Shown piece by piece: positions 13,061 through 27,800 of a stretch of 64,000 bases of DNA. The stretch is from Eledone cirrhosa. Its lineage: Eukaryota. The notes beneath the pieces were generated by a model, which made no database searches, had not been told where the DNA came from, and was given only the letters and a program-made list of their open reading frames with translations. Each line of letters opens with the position of its first letter. The first letter of the stretch is position 1. A program made the position numbers and the translations under genes. Location: NCBI GenBank assembly GCA_964016885.1, contig OZ024743.1, positions 208,692,001 through 208,756,000 of the forward strand. Reading direction: 5' to 3'.

Positions 13061-16000
13061 CATCCTATAGCCACACATGAAAGCTCTTCACTCCATAAGA
13101 TATACCACAGTTTACCATCCTATAGCCACACATGAAAGCTCTTCACTCCATAAGATATACCACAGTTTACCATCCTATAGCCACACATGAAAGCTCTTCA
13201 ATCCATAAGATATACCACATTTTACCATCCTATAGCCAGATGAAAGCTCTTCACTCCATAAGACATACCACAGTTTACCATCCTATAGCCACACAGGAAA
13301 GCTCTTCACTCCATAAGATATACCACAATTTACCATCCTATAGCCACACATGAAAGCTCTTCACTCAATAAGATATACCACAGTTTACCATCCTATAGCC
13401 ACAAATGAAAGCTCTTCACTCCATAAGATATACCAAAGTTTACCATCCTATAGCCAGATGAAAGCTCTTCACTCCATAAGATATACCACAGTTTACCATC
13501 CTATAGCCACACATGAAAGCTCTTCACTCCATAAGATATAACACAGTTTACCATCCTATAGCCACAGATGAAAGCTCTTCACTCCATAAGATATACCACA
13601 GTTTACAATCCTATAGTCACACATGAAAGCTCTTCACTCCATAAGATATACCACAGTTTACCATCCTATAGCCACACATGAAAGCTCTTCACTCCATAAG
13701 ATATACCACAGTTTTCCATCCTATAGCCACACATGGAAGCTCTTCACTCCATGAGATATACCACAGTTTACCATCCTATAGCCACACATGAAAGCTTTTC
13801 ATTCCATAAGATATACCACAGTTTACCATCCTATATCCAGATGAAAGCTCTTCACTCCATAAGATATACCACAGTTTACCATCCTATAGCCACAAATGAA
13901 AGCTCTTCACTCCATAAGATATACCACAGTTTACCATCCTATAGCCAGATGAAAGCTCTTCACTCCATAAGATGTACCACAGTTTACCATCCTATAGCCA
14001 CACATGAAAGCTTTTCATTCCATAAGATATACCACAGTTTACCATCCTATAGCCAGATAAAAGCTCTTCACTCCATAAGATATACCACAGTTTATCATCC
14101 TATAGCCACACATGAAAGCTCTTCACTCCATAAGATATACCACAGTTTACCATCCTATAGCCATGCAGGAAAGCTCTTCACTCCATAAGATATACCACAG
14201 TTTACCATCCTCTAGCCACAGATGAAAGCTCTTCACTCCATAATATATACCACAGTTTACCATCCTATAGCCACGCATGAAATCTCTTCACTCCATAAGA
14301 TATACCACAGTTTACAATCCTATAGTCACACATGAAAGCTCTTCACTCCATAAGATATACCACAGTTTACCATCCTATAGCCACACATGAAAGCTCTTCA
14401 CTCCATAAGATATACCACAGTTTACCATCCTATAGCCACACATGGAAGCTCTTTACTCCATGAGATATACCACAGTTTACCATCCAATAGCCACACATGA
14501 AAGCTTTTCATTCCATAAGATATACCACAGTTTACCATCCTATAGCCAGATGAAAGCCCTTCACTCCATAAGATATACCACAGTTTACCATCCTATAGCC
14601 ACAAATGAAAGCTCTTCACTCCATAAGATATACCACAGTTTACCATCCTATAGCCAGATGAAAGCTCTTCACTCCATAAGATATACCACAGTTTACCATC
14701 CTATAGCCACACATGAAAGCTTTTCATTCCATAAGATATACCACAGTTTACCATCCTATAGCCAGATAAAAGCTCTTCACTCCATAAGATATACCACAGT
14801 TTACCATCCTATAGCCACACATGAAAGCTCTTCACTCCATAAGATATACCACAGTTTACCATCCTATAGCCACGCATGAAAGCTCTTCACTCCATAAGAT
14901 ATACCACAGTTTACCATCCTATAGCCACACATGAAAGCTCTTCACTCCATAAGATATACCACAGTTTACCATCCTATAGCCAGATGAAAGCTCTTCACTC
15001 CATAAGATATACCACAGTTTACCATCCTATAACCACACATGAAAGCTCTTCACTCCATCAGATATACCACAATTTACCATCCTATAGCCACACATGAAAG
15101 CTCTTCACTCAATAAGATATACCACAGTTTACCATCCTATAGCCACAAATGAAAGCTCTTCACTCCATAAGATATACCACAGTTTACCATCCTATAGCCA
15201 CACATGAAAGCTCTTCACTCCATGAGATATACCACAGTTTACCATCCTATAGCCACACATGAAAGCTCTTCACTCCATAAGATATACCACAGTTTACCAT
15301 CCTATAGCCACACATGGAAGCTCTTCACTCCATGAGATATACCACAGTTTACCATCCTATAGCCACACATGAAAGCTCTTCACTCCATAAGATATACCAC
15401 AGTTTACCATCCTATAGCCAGATGAAAGCTCTTCACTCCATAAGATATACCACAGTTTACCATCCTATAGCCACACATGAAAGCTCTTCACTCCATAAGA
15501 TATACCACAATTTACCATCCTATAGCCACACATGAAAGCTCTTCACTCAATAAGATATACCACAGTTTACCATCCTATAGCTACAAATGAAAGCTCTTCA
15601 CTCCATAAGATATACCAAAGTTTACCATCCTATAGCCAGATGAAAGCTCTTCACTCCATAAGATATACCACAGTTTACCATCCTATAGCCACACATGAAA
15701 GCTCTTCACTCCATAAGATATAACACAGTTTACCATCCTATAGCCACAGATGAAAGCTCTTCACTCCATAAGATATACCACAGTTTACAATCCTATAGTC
15801 ACACATGAAAACTCTTCACTCCATAAGATATACCACAGTTTACCATCCTATAGCCACACATGAAAGCTCTTCACTCCATAAGATATACCACAGTTTACCA
15901 TCCTATAGCCACACATGGAAGCTCTTCACTCCATGAGATATACCACAGTTTACCATCCTATAGCCACACATGAAAGCTTTTCATTCCATAAGATATACCA

Positions 16001-17004
16001 CAGTTTACCATCCTATAGCCAGATGAAAGCTCTTCACTCCATAAGATATACCACAGTTTACCATCCTATAGCCACAAATGAAAGCTCTTCACTCCATAAG
16101 ATATACCACAGTTTACCATCCTATAGCCAGATGAAAGCTCTTCACTCCATGAGATATACCACAGTTTACCATCCTATAGCCACACATGAAAGCTTTTCAT
16201 TCCATAAGATATACCACAGTTTACCATCCTATAGCCAGATAAAAGCTCTTCACTCCATAAGATATACCACAGTTTACCATCCTATAGCCACACATGAAAG
16301 CTCTTCACTCCATAAGATATACCACAGTTTACCATCCTATAGCCACACATGAAAGCTCTTCACTCCATAAGATATTCCACAGTTTACCATCCTATAGCCA
16401 CACATTAAAGCTCTTCACTCCATAAGATATACCACAGTTTACCATCCTATAGCCACACATGAAAGCTCTTCACTCCATAAGATATACCACAGTTTACCAT
16501 CCTATAGCCAGATGAAAGCTCTTCACTCCATAAGATATACCACAGTTTACCATCCTATAGCCACACATGAAAGCTCTTCACTCCATAAGATATACCACAA
16601 TTTACCATCCTATAGCCACACATGAAAGCTCTTCACTCAATAAGATATACCACAGTTTACCATCCTATAGCCACAAATGAAAGCTCTTCACTCCATAAGA
16701 TATACCAAAGTTTACCATCCTATAGCCAGATGAAAGCTCTTCACTCGATAAGATATACCACAGTTTACCATCCTATAGCCACACATGAAAGCTCTTCACT
16801 CCATAAGATATAACACAGTTTACCATCCTATAGCCACAGATGAAAGCTCTTCACTCCATAAGATATACCACAGTTTACAATCCTATAGTCACACATGAAA
16901 GCTCTTCACTCCATAAGATATACCACAGTTTACCATCCTATAGCCATACATGAAAGCTCTTCACTCCATAAGATATACCACAGTTTACCATCCTATAGCC
17001 ACAC

Positions 17005-20000
17005 ATGGAAGCTCTTCACTCCATCAGATATACCACAGTTTACCATCCTATAGCCACACATGAAAGCTTTTCATTCCATAAGATATACCACAGTTTACCA
17101 TCCTATAGCCAGATTTAAGCTCTTCACTCCATAAGATATACCACAGTTTACCATCCTATAGCCACAAATGAAAGCTCTTCACTCCATAAGATATACCACA
17201 GTTTACCATCCTATAGCCAGATGAAAGCTCTTCACTCCATAAGATGTACCACAGTTTACCATCCTATAGCCACACATGAAAGCTTTTCATTCCATAAGAT
17301 ATACCACAGTTTACCATCCTATAGCCAGATAAAAGCTTTTCACTCCATAAGATATACCACAGTTTACCATCCTATAGCCACACATGAAAGCTCTTCACTC
17401 CATAAGATATACCACAGTTTACCATCCTATAGCCATGCATGAAAGCTCTTCACTCCATAAGATATACCACAGTTTACCATCCTATAGCCACACATGAAAG
17501 CTCTTCACTCCATAAGATATACCACAGTTTACCATCCTATAGCCAGATGAAAGCTCTTCACTCCATAAGATATACCACAGTTTACCATCCTCTAGCCACA
17601 GATGAAAGCTCTTCACTCCATAATATATACCACAGTTTACCATCCTATAGCCACGCATGAAAGCTCTTCACTCCATAAGATATACCACAGTTTACAATCC
17701 TATAGTCACACATGAAAGCTCTTCACTCCATAAGATATACCACAGTTTACCATCCTATAGCCACACATGAAAGCTCTTCACTCCATAAGATATACCACAG
17801 TTTACCATCCTATAGCCACACATGGAAGCTCTTCACTCCATAAGATATACCACAGTTTACCATCCTATAGCCACACATGAAAACTTTTCATTCCATAAGA
17901 TATACCACAGTTTACCATCCCATAGCCAGATGAAAGCTCTTCACTCCATAAGATATACCACAGTTTACCATCCTATAGCCAGATGAAAGCTCTTCACTCC
18001 ATAAGATATACCACAGTTTACCATCCTATAGCCACACATGAAAGCTTTTCATTCCATAAGATATACCACAGTTTACCATCCTATAGCCAGATAAAAGCTC
18101 TTCACTCCATAAGATATACCACAGTTTACCATCCTATAGCCACACATGAAAGCTCTTCACTCCATAAGATATACCACAGTTTACCATCCTATAGCCACGC
18201 ATGAAAGCTCTTCACTCCATAAGATATACCACAGTTTACCATCCTATAGCCACACATGAAAGCTCTTCACTCCATAAGATATACCACAGTTTACCATCCT
18301 ATAGCCAGAAGAAAGCTCTTCACTCCATAAGATATACCACAGTTTACCATCCTATAGCCACAGATGAAAGCTCTTCACTCCATAAGATATACCACAGTTT
18401 ACCATCCTATAGCCACGCATGAAAGCTCTTCACTCCATAAGATATACCACAGTTTACCATCCTATAGCCACGCATGAAAGCTCTTCACTCCATAAGATAT
18501 ACCACAGTTTACCATCCTATAGCCACACATGGAAGCTCTTCACTCCATGAGATATACCACAGTTTACCATCCTATAGCCACACATGAAAGCTCTTCACTC
18601 CATAAGATATACCACAGTTTACCATCCTATAGCCAGATGAAAGCTCTTCACTCCATAAGATATACCACAGTTTACCATCCTATAGCCACACATGAAAGTT
18701 CTTCACTCCATAAGATATACCACAGTTTACCATCCTATAGCCACACATGAAAGTTCTTCACTCCATAAGATATACCACAGTTTACCATCCTATAGCCACA
18801 CATGAAAGCTCTTCACTCCATAAGATATACCACAGTTTACCATCCTATAGCCAGAGATGAAAGCTCTTCACTCCATAAGATATACCACAGTTTATCATCC
18901 TATAGCCAGATGAAAGCTCTTCACTCCATAAGATAAACCACAGTTTACCATCCTATAGCCACACATGAAAGCTCTTCACTCCATAAGATATACCACAGTT
19001 TACCATCCTATAGCCACACATGAAAGCTCTTCACTCCATAAGATATACCACAGTTTACCATCCTATAGCCAGATGAAAGCTCTTCACTCCATAAGATATA
19101 CCACAGTTTACCATCCTATAGCCATACATGAAAGCTCTTCACTCCATAAGATATACCACAGTTTACCATCCTATAGCCACACATGGAAGCTCTTCACTCC
19201 ATGAGATATACCACAGTTTACCATCCTATAGCCACACATGAAAGCTTTTCATTCCATAAGATATACCACAGTTTACCATCCTATAGCCAGATGAAAGCTC
19301 TTCACTCCATAAGATATACCACAGTTTACCATCCTATAGCCACAAATGAAAGCTCTTCACTCCATAAGATATACCACAGTTTACCATCCTATAGCCAGAT
19401 GAAAGCTCTTCACTCCATAAGATGTACCACAGTTTACCATCCTATAGCCACACATGAAAGCTTTTCATTCCATAAGATATACCACAGTTTACCATCCTAT
19501 AGCCAGATAAAAGCTTTTCACTCCATAAGATATACCACAGTTTACCATCCTATAGCCACACATGAAAGCTCTTCACTCCATAAGATATACCACAGTTTAC
19601 CATCCTATAGCCATGCATGAAAGCTCTTCACTCCATAAGATATACCACAGTTTACCATCCTATAGCCACACATGAAAGCTCTTCACTCCATAAGATATAC
19701 CACAGTTTACCATCCTATAGCCAGATGAAAGCTCTTCACTCCATAAGATATACCACAGTTTACCATCCTCTAGCCACAGATGAAAGCTCTTCACTCCATA
19801 ATATATACCACAGTTTACCATCCTATAGCCACGCATGAAAGCTCTTCACTCCATAAGATATACCACAGTTTACAATCCTATAGTCACACATGAAAGCTCT
19901 TCACTCCATAAGATATACCACAGTTTACCATCCTATAGCCACACATGAAAGCTCTTCACTCCATAAGATATACCACAGTTTACCATCCTATAGCCACACA

Positions 20001-20800
20001 TGGAAGCTCTTCACTCCATGAGATATACCACAGTTTACCATCCTATAGCCACACATGAAAACTTTTCATTCCATAAGATATACCACAGTTTACCATCCCA
20101 TAGCCAGATGAAAGCTCTTCACTCCATAAGATATACCACAGTTTACCATCCTATAGCCAGATGAAAGCTCTTCACTCCATAAGATATACCACAGTTTACC
20201 ATCCTATAGCCACACATGAAAGCTCTTCACTCCATAAGATATACCACAGTTTACCATCCTATAGCCACGCATGAAAGCTCTTCACTCCATAAGATATACC
20301 ACAGTTTACCATCCTATAGCCACACATGAAAGCTCTTCACTCCATAAGATATACCACAGTTTACCATCCTATAGCCAGAAGAAAGCTCTTCACTCCATAA
20401 GATATACCACAGTTTACCATCCTATAGCCACAGATGAAAGCTCTTCACTCCATAAGATATACCACAGTTTACCATCCTATAGCCACGCATGAAAGCTCTT
20501 CACTCCATAAGATATACCACAGTTTACCATCCTATAGCCACACATGGAAGCTCTTCACTCCATGAGATATACCACAGTTTACCATCCTATAGCCACACAT
20601 GAAAGCTCTTCACTCCATAAGATATACCACAGTTTACCATCCTATAGCCAGATGAAAGCTCTTCACTCCATAAGATATACCACAGTTTACCATCCTATAG
20701 CCACACATGAAAGCTCTTCACTCCATAAGATATACCACAGTTTACCATCCTATAGCCACACATGAAAGTTCTTCACTCCATAAGATATACCACAGTTTAC
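17005..20800. repeat. Tandem duplication of about 2.18 kb (offset 2178, falling to 2070 and 2015 through monomer loss), with a further copy at ~26.4-28.4 kb
   Basis: Shared GATGTACC, ATAAAAGCTTTT, GCCATGCATG, CCTCTAGCC, CATAATATA, GAAAACTTTTC and CAGAAGAAAG. ORF sets 17439/19617/27206 and 18201/20271/27968. Confidence 0.85.
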
Positions 20801-21800
20801 CATCCTATAGCCACACATGAAAGCTCTTCACTCCATAAGATATACCACAGTTTACCATCCTATAGCCACACATGAAAGCTCTTCACTCCATAAGATATAC
20901 CACAGTTTACCATCCTATAGCCACACATGAAAGCTCTACACTCCATAAGATATACCACAGTTTACCATCCTATAGCCACAGATGAAAGCTCTTCACTCCA
21001 TATCATATACCACAGTTTACCATCCTATAGCCACACATGAGAGCTCTTCACTCCATAAGATATACCGCAGTTTACAATCCTATAGTCACACATGAAAGCT
21101 CTTCACTCCATAAGATATACCACAGTTTACCATCCTATAGCCACAGATGAAAGCTCTTCACTCCATAACATATACCACAGTTTACCATCCTATAGCCAGA
21201 TGAAAGCTCTTCACTCCATAAGATATACCACAGTTTACCATCCTATAGCCACACATGAAAGCTCTTCACTCCATAAGATATACCACAGTTTACCATCCTA
21301 TAGCCACACATGAAAGCTCTTCACTCCATAAGATATACCACAGTTTACCATCCTATAGCCAGAGATGAAAGCTCTTCACTCCATAAGATATACCACAGTT
21401 TATCATCCTATAGCCAGATGAAAGCTCTTCACTCCATAAGATATACCACAGTTTACCATCCTATAGCCACACATGAAAGCTCTTCACTCCATAAGATATA
21501 CCACAGTTTACCATCCTATAGCCAGATGAAAGCTCTTCACTCCATAAGATATACCACAGTTTACCATCCTATAGCCACACATGAAAGCTCTTCACTCCAT
21601 AAGATATACCACAGTTTACCATCCTATAGCCACACATGAAAGTTCTTCACTCCATAAGATATACCACAGTTTACCATCCTATAGCCACACATGAAAGCTC
21701 TTCACTCCATAAGATATACCACAGTTTACCATCCTATAGCCACACATGAAAGCTCTTCACTCCATAAGATATACCACAGTTTACCATCCTATAGCCACAC

Positions 21801-24800
21801 ATGAAAGCTCTACACTCCATAAGATATACCACAGTTTACCATCATATAGCCACAGATGAAAGCTCTTCACTCCATAACATATACCACAGTTTACCATCCT
21901 ATAGCCAGATGAAAGCTCTTCACTCCATAAGATATACCACAGTTTACCATCCTATAGCCACACATGAAAGCTCTTCACTCCATAAGATATACCACAGTTT
22001 ACCATCCTATATCCACACATGAAAGCTCTTCACTCCATAAGATATACCACAGTTTACCATCCTATAGCCAGAGATGAAAGCTCTTCACTCCATAAGATAT
22101 ACCACAGTTTATCATCCTATAGCCAGATGAAAGCTCTTCACTCCATAAGATATACCACAGCTTACCATCCTATAGCCACGCCACGGATGAAAGCTCTTCA
22201 CTCCATAAGATATACCACAGTTTACCATCCTAGAGCCACAGATGAAAGCTCTTCACTCCATAAGATATACCACAGTTTACCATCATGTGGCCACACATGA
22301 AAGCTCTTCACTCCATAAGATATACCACAGTTTACCATCCTATAGCCACAGATGAAAGCTCTTCACTCCATAAGATATAACACAGTTTACCATCCTATAG
22401 CCACACATGAAAGCTCTTCACTCCATAAGATATACCACAGTTTACCATCCTATAGCCAGATGAAAGCTCTTCACTCCATGAGATATACCACAGTTTACCA
22501 TCCTATAGCCACACATGAAAGCTTTTCATTCCATAAGATATACCACAGTTTACCATCCTATAGCCAGATAAAAGCTCTTCACTCCATAAGATATACCACA
22601 GTTTACCATCCTATAGCCACACATGAAAGCTCTTCACTCCATAAGATATACCACAGTTTACCATCCTATAGCCACACATGGAAGCTCTTCACTCCATGAG
22701 ATATACCACAGTTTACCATCCTATAGCCACACAAGAAAGCTCTTCACTCCATAATATATACCACAGTTTACCATCCTATAGCCAGATGAAAGCTCTTCAC
22801 TCCATAAGATATACCACAGTTTACCATCCTATAGCCACACATGAAAGCTCTTCACTCCATAAGATATACCACAGTTTACCATCCTATAGCCACACATGAA
22901 AGGTCTTCACTCCATAAGATATACCACAGTTTACCATCCTATAGCCACACATGAAAGCTGTTCATTCCATAAGATATACCACAGTTTACCATCCTATAGC
23001 CACACATGAAAGGTCTTCACTCCATAAGATATACCACAGTTTACCATCCTATAGCCACACATGAAAGCTCTTCATTCCATAAGATATACCACAGTTTACC
23101 ATCCTATAGCCACACATGAAAGCTCTTCACTCCATAAGATATACCACAGTTTACCATCCTATAGCCACACATGAAAGCTCTTCACTCCATAAGATATACC
23201 ACAGTTTACCATCCTATAGCCACACATGAAAGCTCTTCACTCCATAAGATATACCACAGTTTACCATCCTATAGCCAGATGAAAGCTCTTCACTCCATAA
23301 GATATACCACAGTTTACCATCCTATAGCCACACATGAAAGCTCTTCACTCCATAAGATATACCACAATTTACCATCCTATAGCCACAAATGAAAGCTCTT
23401 CACTCCATAAGATATACCACAGTTTACCATCCTATAGCCACACATGAAAGCTCTTCACTCCATGAGATATACCACAGTTTACCATCCTATAGCCACACAT
23501 GAAAGCTCTTCACTCCATAAGATATACCACAGTTTACCATCCTATAGCCACACATGGAAGCTCTTCACTCCATGAGATATACCACAGTTTAGCATCCTAT
23601 AGCCACACATGAAAGCTCTTCACTCCATAAGATATACCACAGTTTACCATCCTATAGCCAGATGAAAGCTCTTCACTCCATAAGATATACCACAGTTTAC
23701 CATCCTATAGCCACAATTGAAAGCTCTTCACTCCATAAGATATACCACAATTTACCATCCTATAGCCACACATGAAAGCTCTTCACTCAATAAGATATAC
23801 CACAGTTTACCATCCTATAGCCACAAATGAAACTCTTCACACAATAAGATATACCAAAGTTTACCATCCTATAGCCAGATGAAAGCTCTTCACTCCATAA
23901 GATATACCACAGTTTACCATACTATAGCCACACATGAAACTCTTCACTCCATAAGATATAACACAGTTTACCATGATATAGCCACAGATGAAAGCTCTTC
24001 ACTCCATAAAATATACCACAGTTTACAATCCTATAGTCACACATGAAAGCTCTTCACTCCATAAGATATACCACAGTTTACCATCCTATAGCCACACATG
24101 AAGGCTCTTCACTCCATAAGATATACCACAGTTTACCATCCTATAGCCACACATGGAAGCTCTTCACTCCATGAGATATACCACAGTTTACCATCCTATA
24201 GCCACACATGAAGGCTTTTCATTCCATAAGATATACCACAGTTTACCATCCTATAGCCAGATGAAAGCTCTTCACTCCATAAGATATACCACAGTTTACC
24301 ATCCTATAGCCACAAATGAAAGCTCTTCAATCCATAAGATATACCACAGTTTACCATCCTATAGCCAGATGAAAGCTCTTCACTCCATGAGATATACCAC
24401 AGTTTACCATCCTATAGCCACACATGAAAGCTTTTCATTCCATAAGATATACCACAGTTTACCATCCTATAGCCAGATAAAAGCTCTTCACTCCATAAGA
24501 TATACCACAGTTTACCATCCTATAGTCACACATGAAAGCTCTTCACTCCATGAGATATACCACAGTTTACCATCCTATAGCCACACATGGAAGCTCTTCA
24601 CTCCATGAGATATACCACAGTTTACCATCCTATAGCCACACATGAAAGCTCTTCACTCCATAAGATATACCACAGTTTACCATCCTATAGCCAGATGAAA
24701 GCTCTTCACTCCATAAGATATACCACAGTTTACCATCCTATAGCCACACATGAAAGCTCTTCACTCCATAAGATATACCACAGTTTACCATCCTATAGCC

Positions 24801-27800
24801 ACATATGAAAGGTCTTCACTCCATAAGATATACCACAGTTTACCATCCTATAGCCACACATGAAAGCTCTTCACTCCATAAGATATACCACAGTTTACCA
24901 TCCTATAGCCACACATGAAAGGTCTTCACTCCATAAGATATACCACAGTTTACCATCCTATAGCCACACATGAAAGCTCTTCACTCCATAAGATATACCA
25001 CAGTTTACCATCCTATAGCCACACATGAAAGCTCTTCACTCCATAAGATATACCACAGTTTACCATCCTATAGCCACACATGAAAGCTCTTCACTCCATA
25101 AGATATACCACAGTTTACCATCCTATAGCCAAATGAAAGCTCTTCACTCCATAAGATATACCACAGTTTACCATCCTATAGCCACACATGAAAGCTCTTC
25201 ACTCACTAAGATATACCACAATTTACCATCCTATAGACACACATGAAAGCTCTTCACTCAATAAGATATACCACAGTTTACCATCCTATAGCCACAAATG
25301 AAAGCTCTTCACTCCATAAGATATACCATAGTTTACCATCCTATAGCCAGATGAAAGCTCTTCACTCCATAAGATATACCACAGTTTACCATCCTATAGC
25401 CACACATGAAAGCTCTTCACTCCATAAGATATAACACAGTTTACCATCCTATAGCCACAGATGAAAGCTCTTCACTCCATAAGATATACCACAGTTTACA
25501 ATCCTATAGTCACACATGAAAGCTCTTCACTCCATAAGATATACCACAGTTTACCATCCTATAGCCACACATGAAAGCTCTTCACTCCATAAGATATACC
25601 ACAGTTTACCATCCTATAGCCACACATGGAAGCTCTTCACTCCATGAGATATACCACAGTTTACCATCCTATAGCCACACATGAAAGCTTTTCATTCCAT
25701 AAGATATACCACAGTTTACCATCCTATAGCCAGATGAAAGCTCTTCACTCCATAAGATATACCACAGTTTACCATCCTATAGCCACAAATGAAAGCTCTT
25801 CACTCCATAAGATATACCACAGTTTACCATCCTATAGCCAGATGAAAGCTCTTTACTCCATAAGATATACCACAGTTTACCATCCTATAGCCACACATGA
25901 AAACTTTTCATTTCATAAGATATACCACAGTTTACCATCCTATAGCCAGATAAAAGCTTTTCACTCCATAAGATATACCACAGTTTACCATCCTATAGCC
26001 ACACATGAATGGTCTTCACTCCATAAGATATACCACAGTTTACCATCCTATAGCCACACATGAAAGCTCTTCACTCCATAAGATATACCACAGTTTACCA
26101 TCCTATAGCCAGATAAAAGCTCTTCACTCCATAAGATATACCACAGTTTACCATCCTATAGCCACACATGAAAGCTCTTCACTCCATAAGATATACCACA
26201 GTTTACCATCCTATAGCCACACATGAAAGCTCTTCACTCCATAAGATATTCCACAGTTTACCATCCTATAGCCACACATGAAAGCTCTTCACTCCATAAG
26301 ATATACCACAGTTTACCATCCTATAGCCACACATGAAAGCTCTTCACTCCATAAGATATACCACAATTTACCATCCTATAGCCACACATGAAAGCTCTTC
26401 ACTCAATAAGATATACCACAGTTTACCATCCTATAGCCACAAATGAAAGCTCTTCACTCCATAAGATATACCACAGTTTACCATCCTATAGCCAGATGAA
26501 AGCTCTTCACTCCATAAGATATACCACAGTTTACCATCCTATAGCCACACATGAAAGCTCTTCACTCCATAAGATATAACACAGTTTACCATCCTATAGC
26601 CACAGATGAAAGCTCTTCACTCCATAAGATATACCACAGTTTACAATCCTATAGTCACACATGAAAGCTCTTCACTCCATAAGATATACCACAGTTTACC
26701 ATCCTATAGCCATACATGAAAGCTCTTCACTCCATAAGATATACCACAGTTTACCATCCTATAGCCACACATGGAAGCTCTTCACTCCATGAGATATACC
26801 ACAATTTACCATCCTATAGCCACACATGAAAGCTTTTCATTCCATAAGATATACCACAGTTTACCATCCTATAGCCAGATGAAAGCTCTTCACTCCATAA
26901 GATATACCACAGTTTACCATCCTATAGCCACAAATGAAAGCTCTTCACTCCATAAGATATACCACAGTTTACCATCCTATAGCCAGATAAAAAGCTCTTC
27001 ACTCCATAAGATGTACCACAGTTTACCATCCTATAGCCACACATGAAAGCTTTTCATTCCATAAGATATACCACAGTTTACCATCCTATAGCCAGATAAA
27101 AGCTTTTCACTCCATAAGATATACCACAGTTTACCATCCTATAGCCACACATGAAAGCTCTTCACTCCATAAGATATACCACAGTTTACCATCCTATAGC
27201 CATGCATGAAAGCTCTTCACTCCATAAGATATACCACAGTTTACCATCCTATAGCCACACATGAAAGCTCTTCACTCCATAAGATATACCACAGTTTACC
27301 ATCCTATAGCCAGATGAAAGCTCTTCACTTCATAAGATATACCACAGTTTACCATCCTCTAGCCACAGATGAAAGCTCTTCACTCCATAATATATACCAC
27401 AGTTTACCATCCTATAGCCACGCATGAAAGCTCTTCACTCCATAAGATATACCACAGTTTACAATCCTATAGTCACACATGAAAGCTCTTCACTCCATAA
27501 GATATACCACAGTTTACCATCCTATAGCCACACATGAAAGCTCTTCACTCCATAAGATATACCACAGTTTACCATCCTATAGCCACACATGGAAGCTCTT
27601 CACTCCATGAGATATACCACAGTTTACCATCCTATAGCCACACATGAAAACTTTTCATTCCATAAGATATACCACAGTTTACCATCCTATAGCCAGATGA
27701 AAGCTCTTCACTCCACGAGATATACCACAGTTTACCATCCTATAGCCAGATGAAAGCTCTTCACTCCATAAGATATACCACAGTTTACCATCCTATAGCC

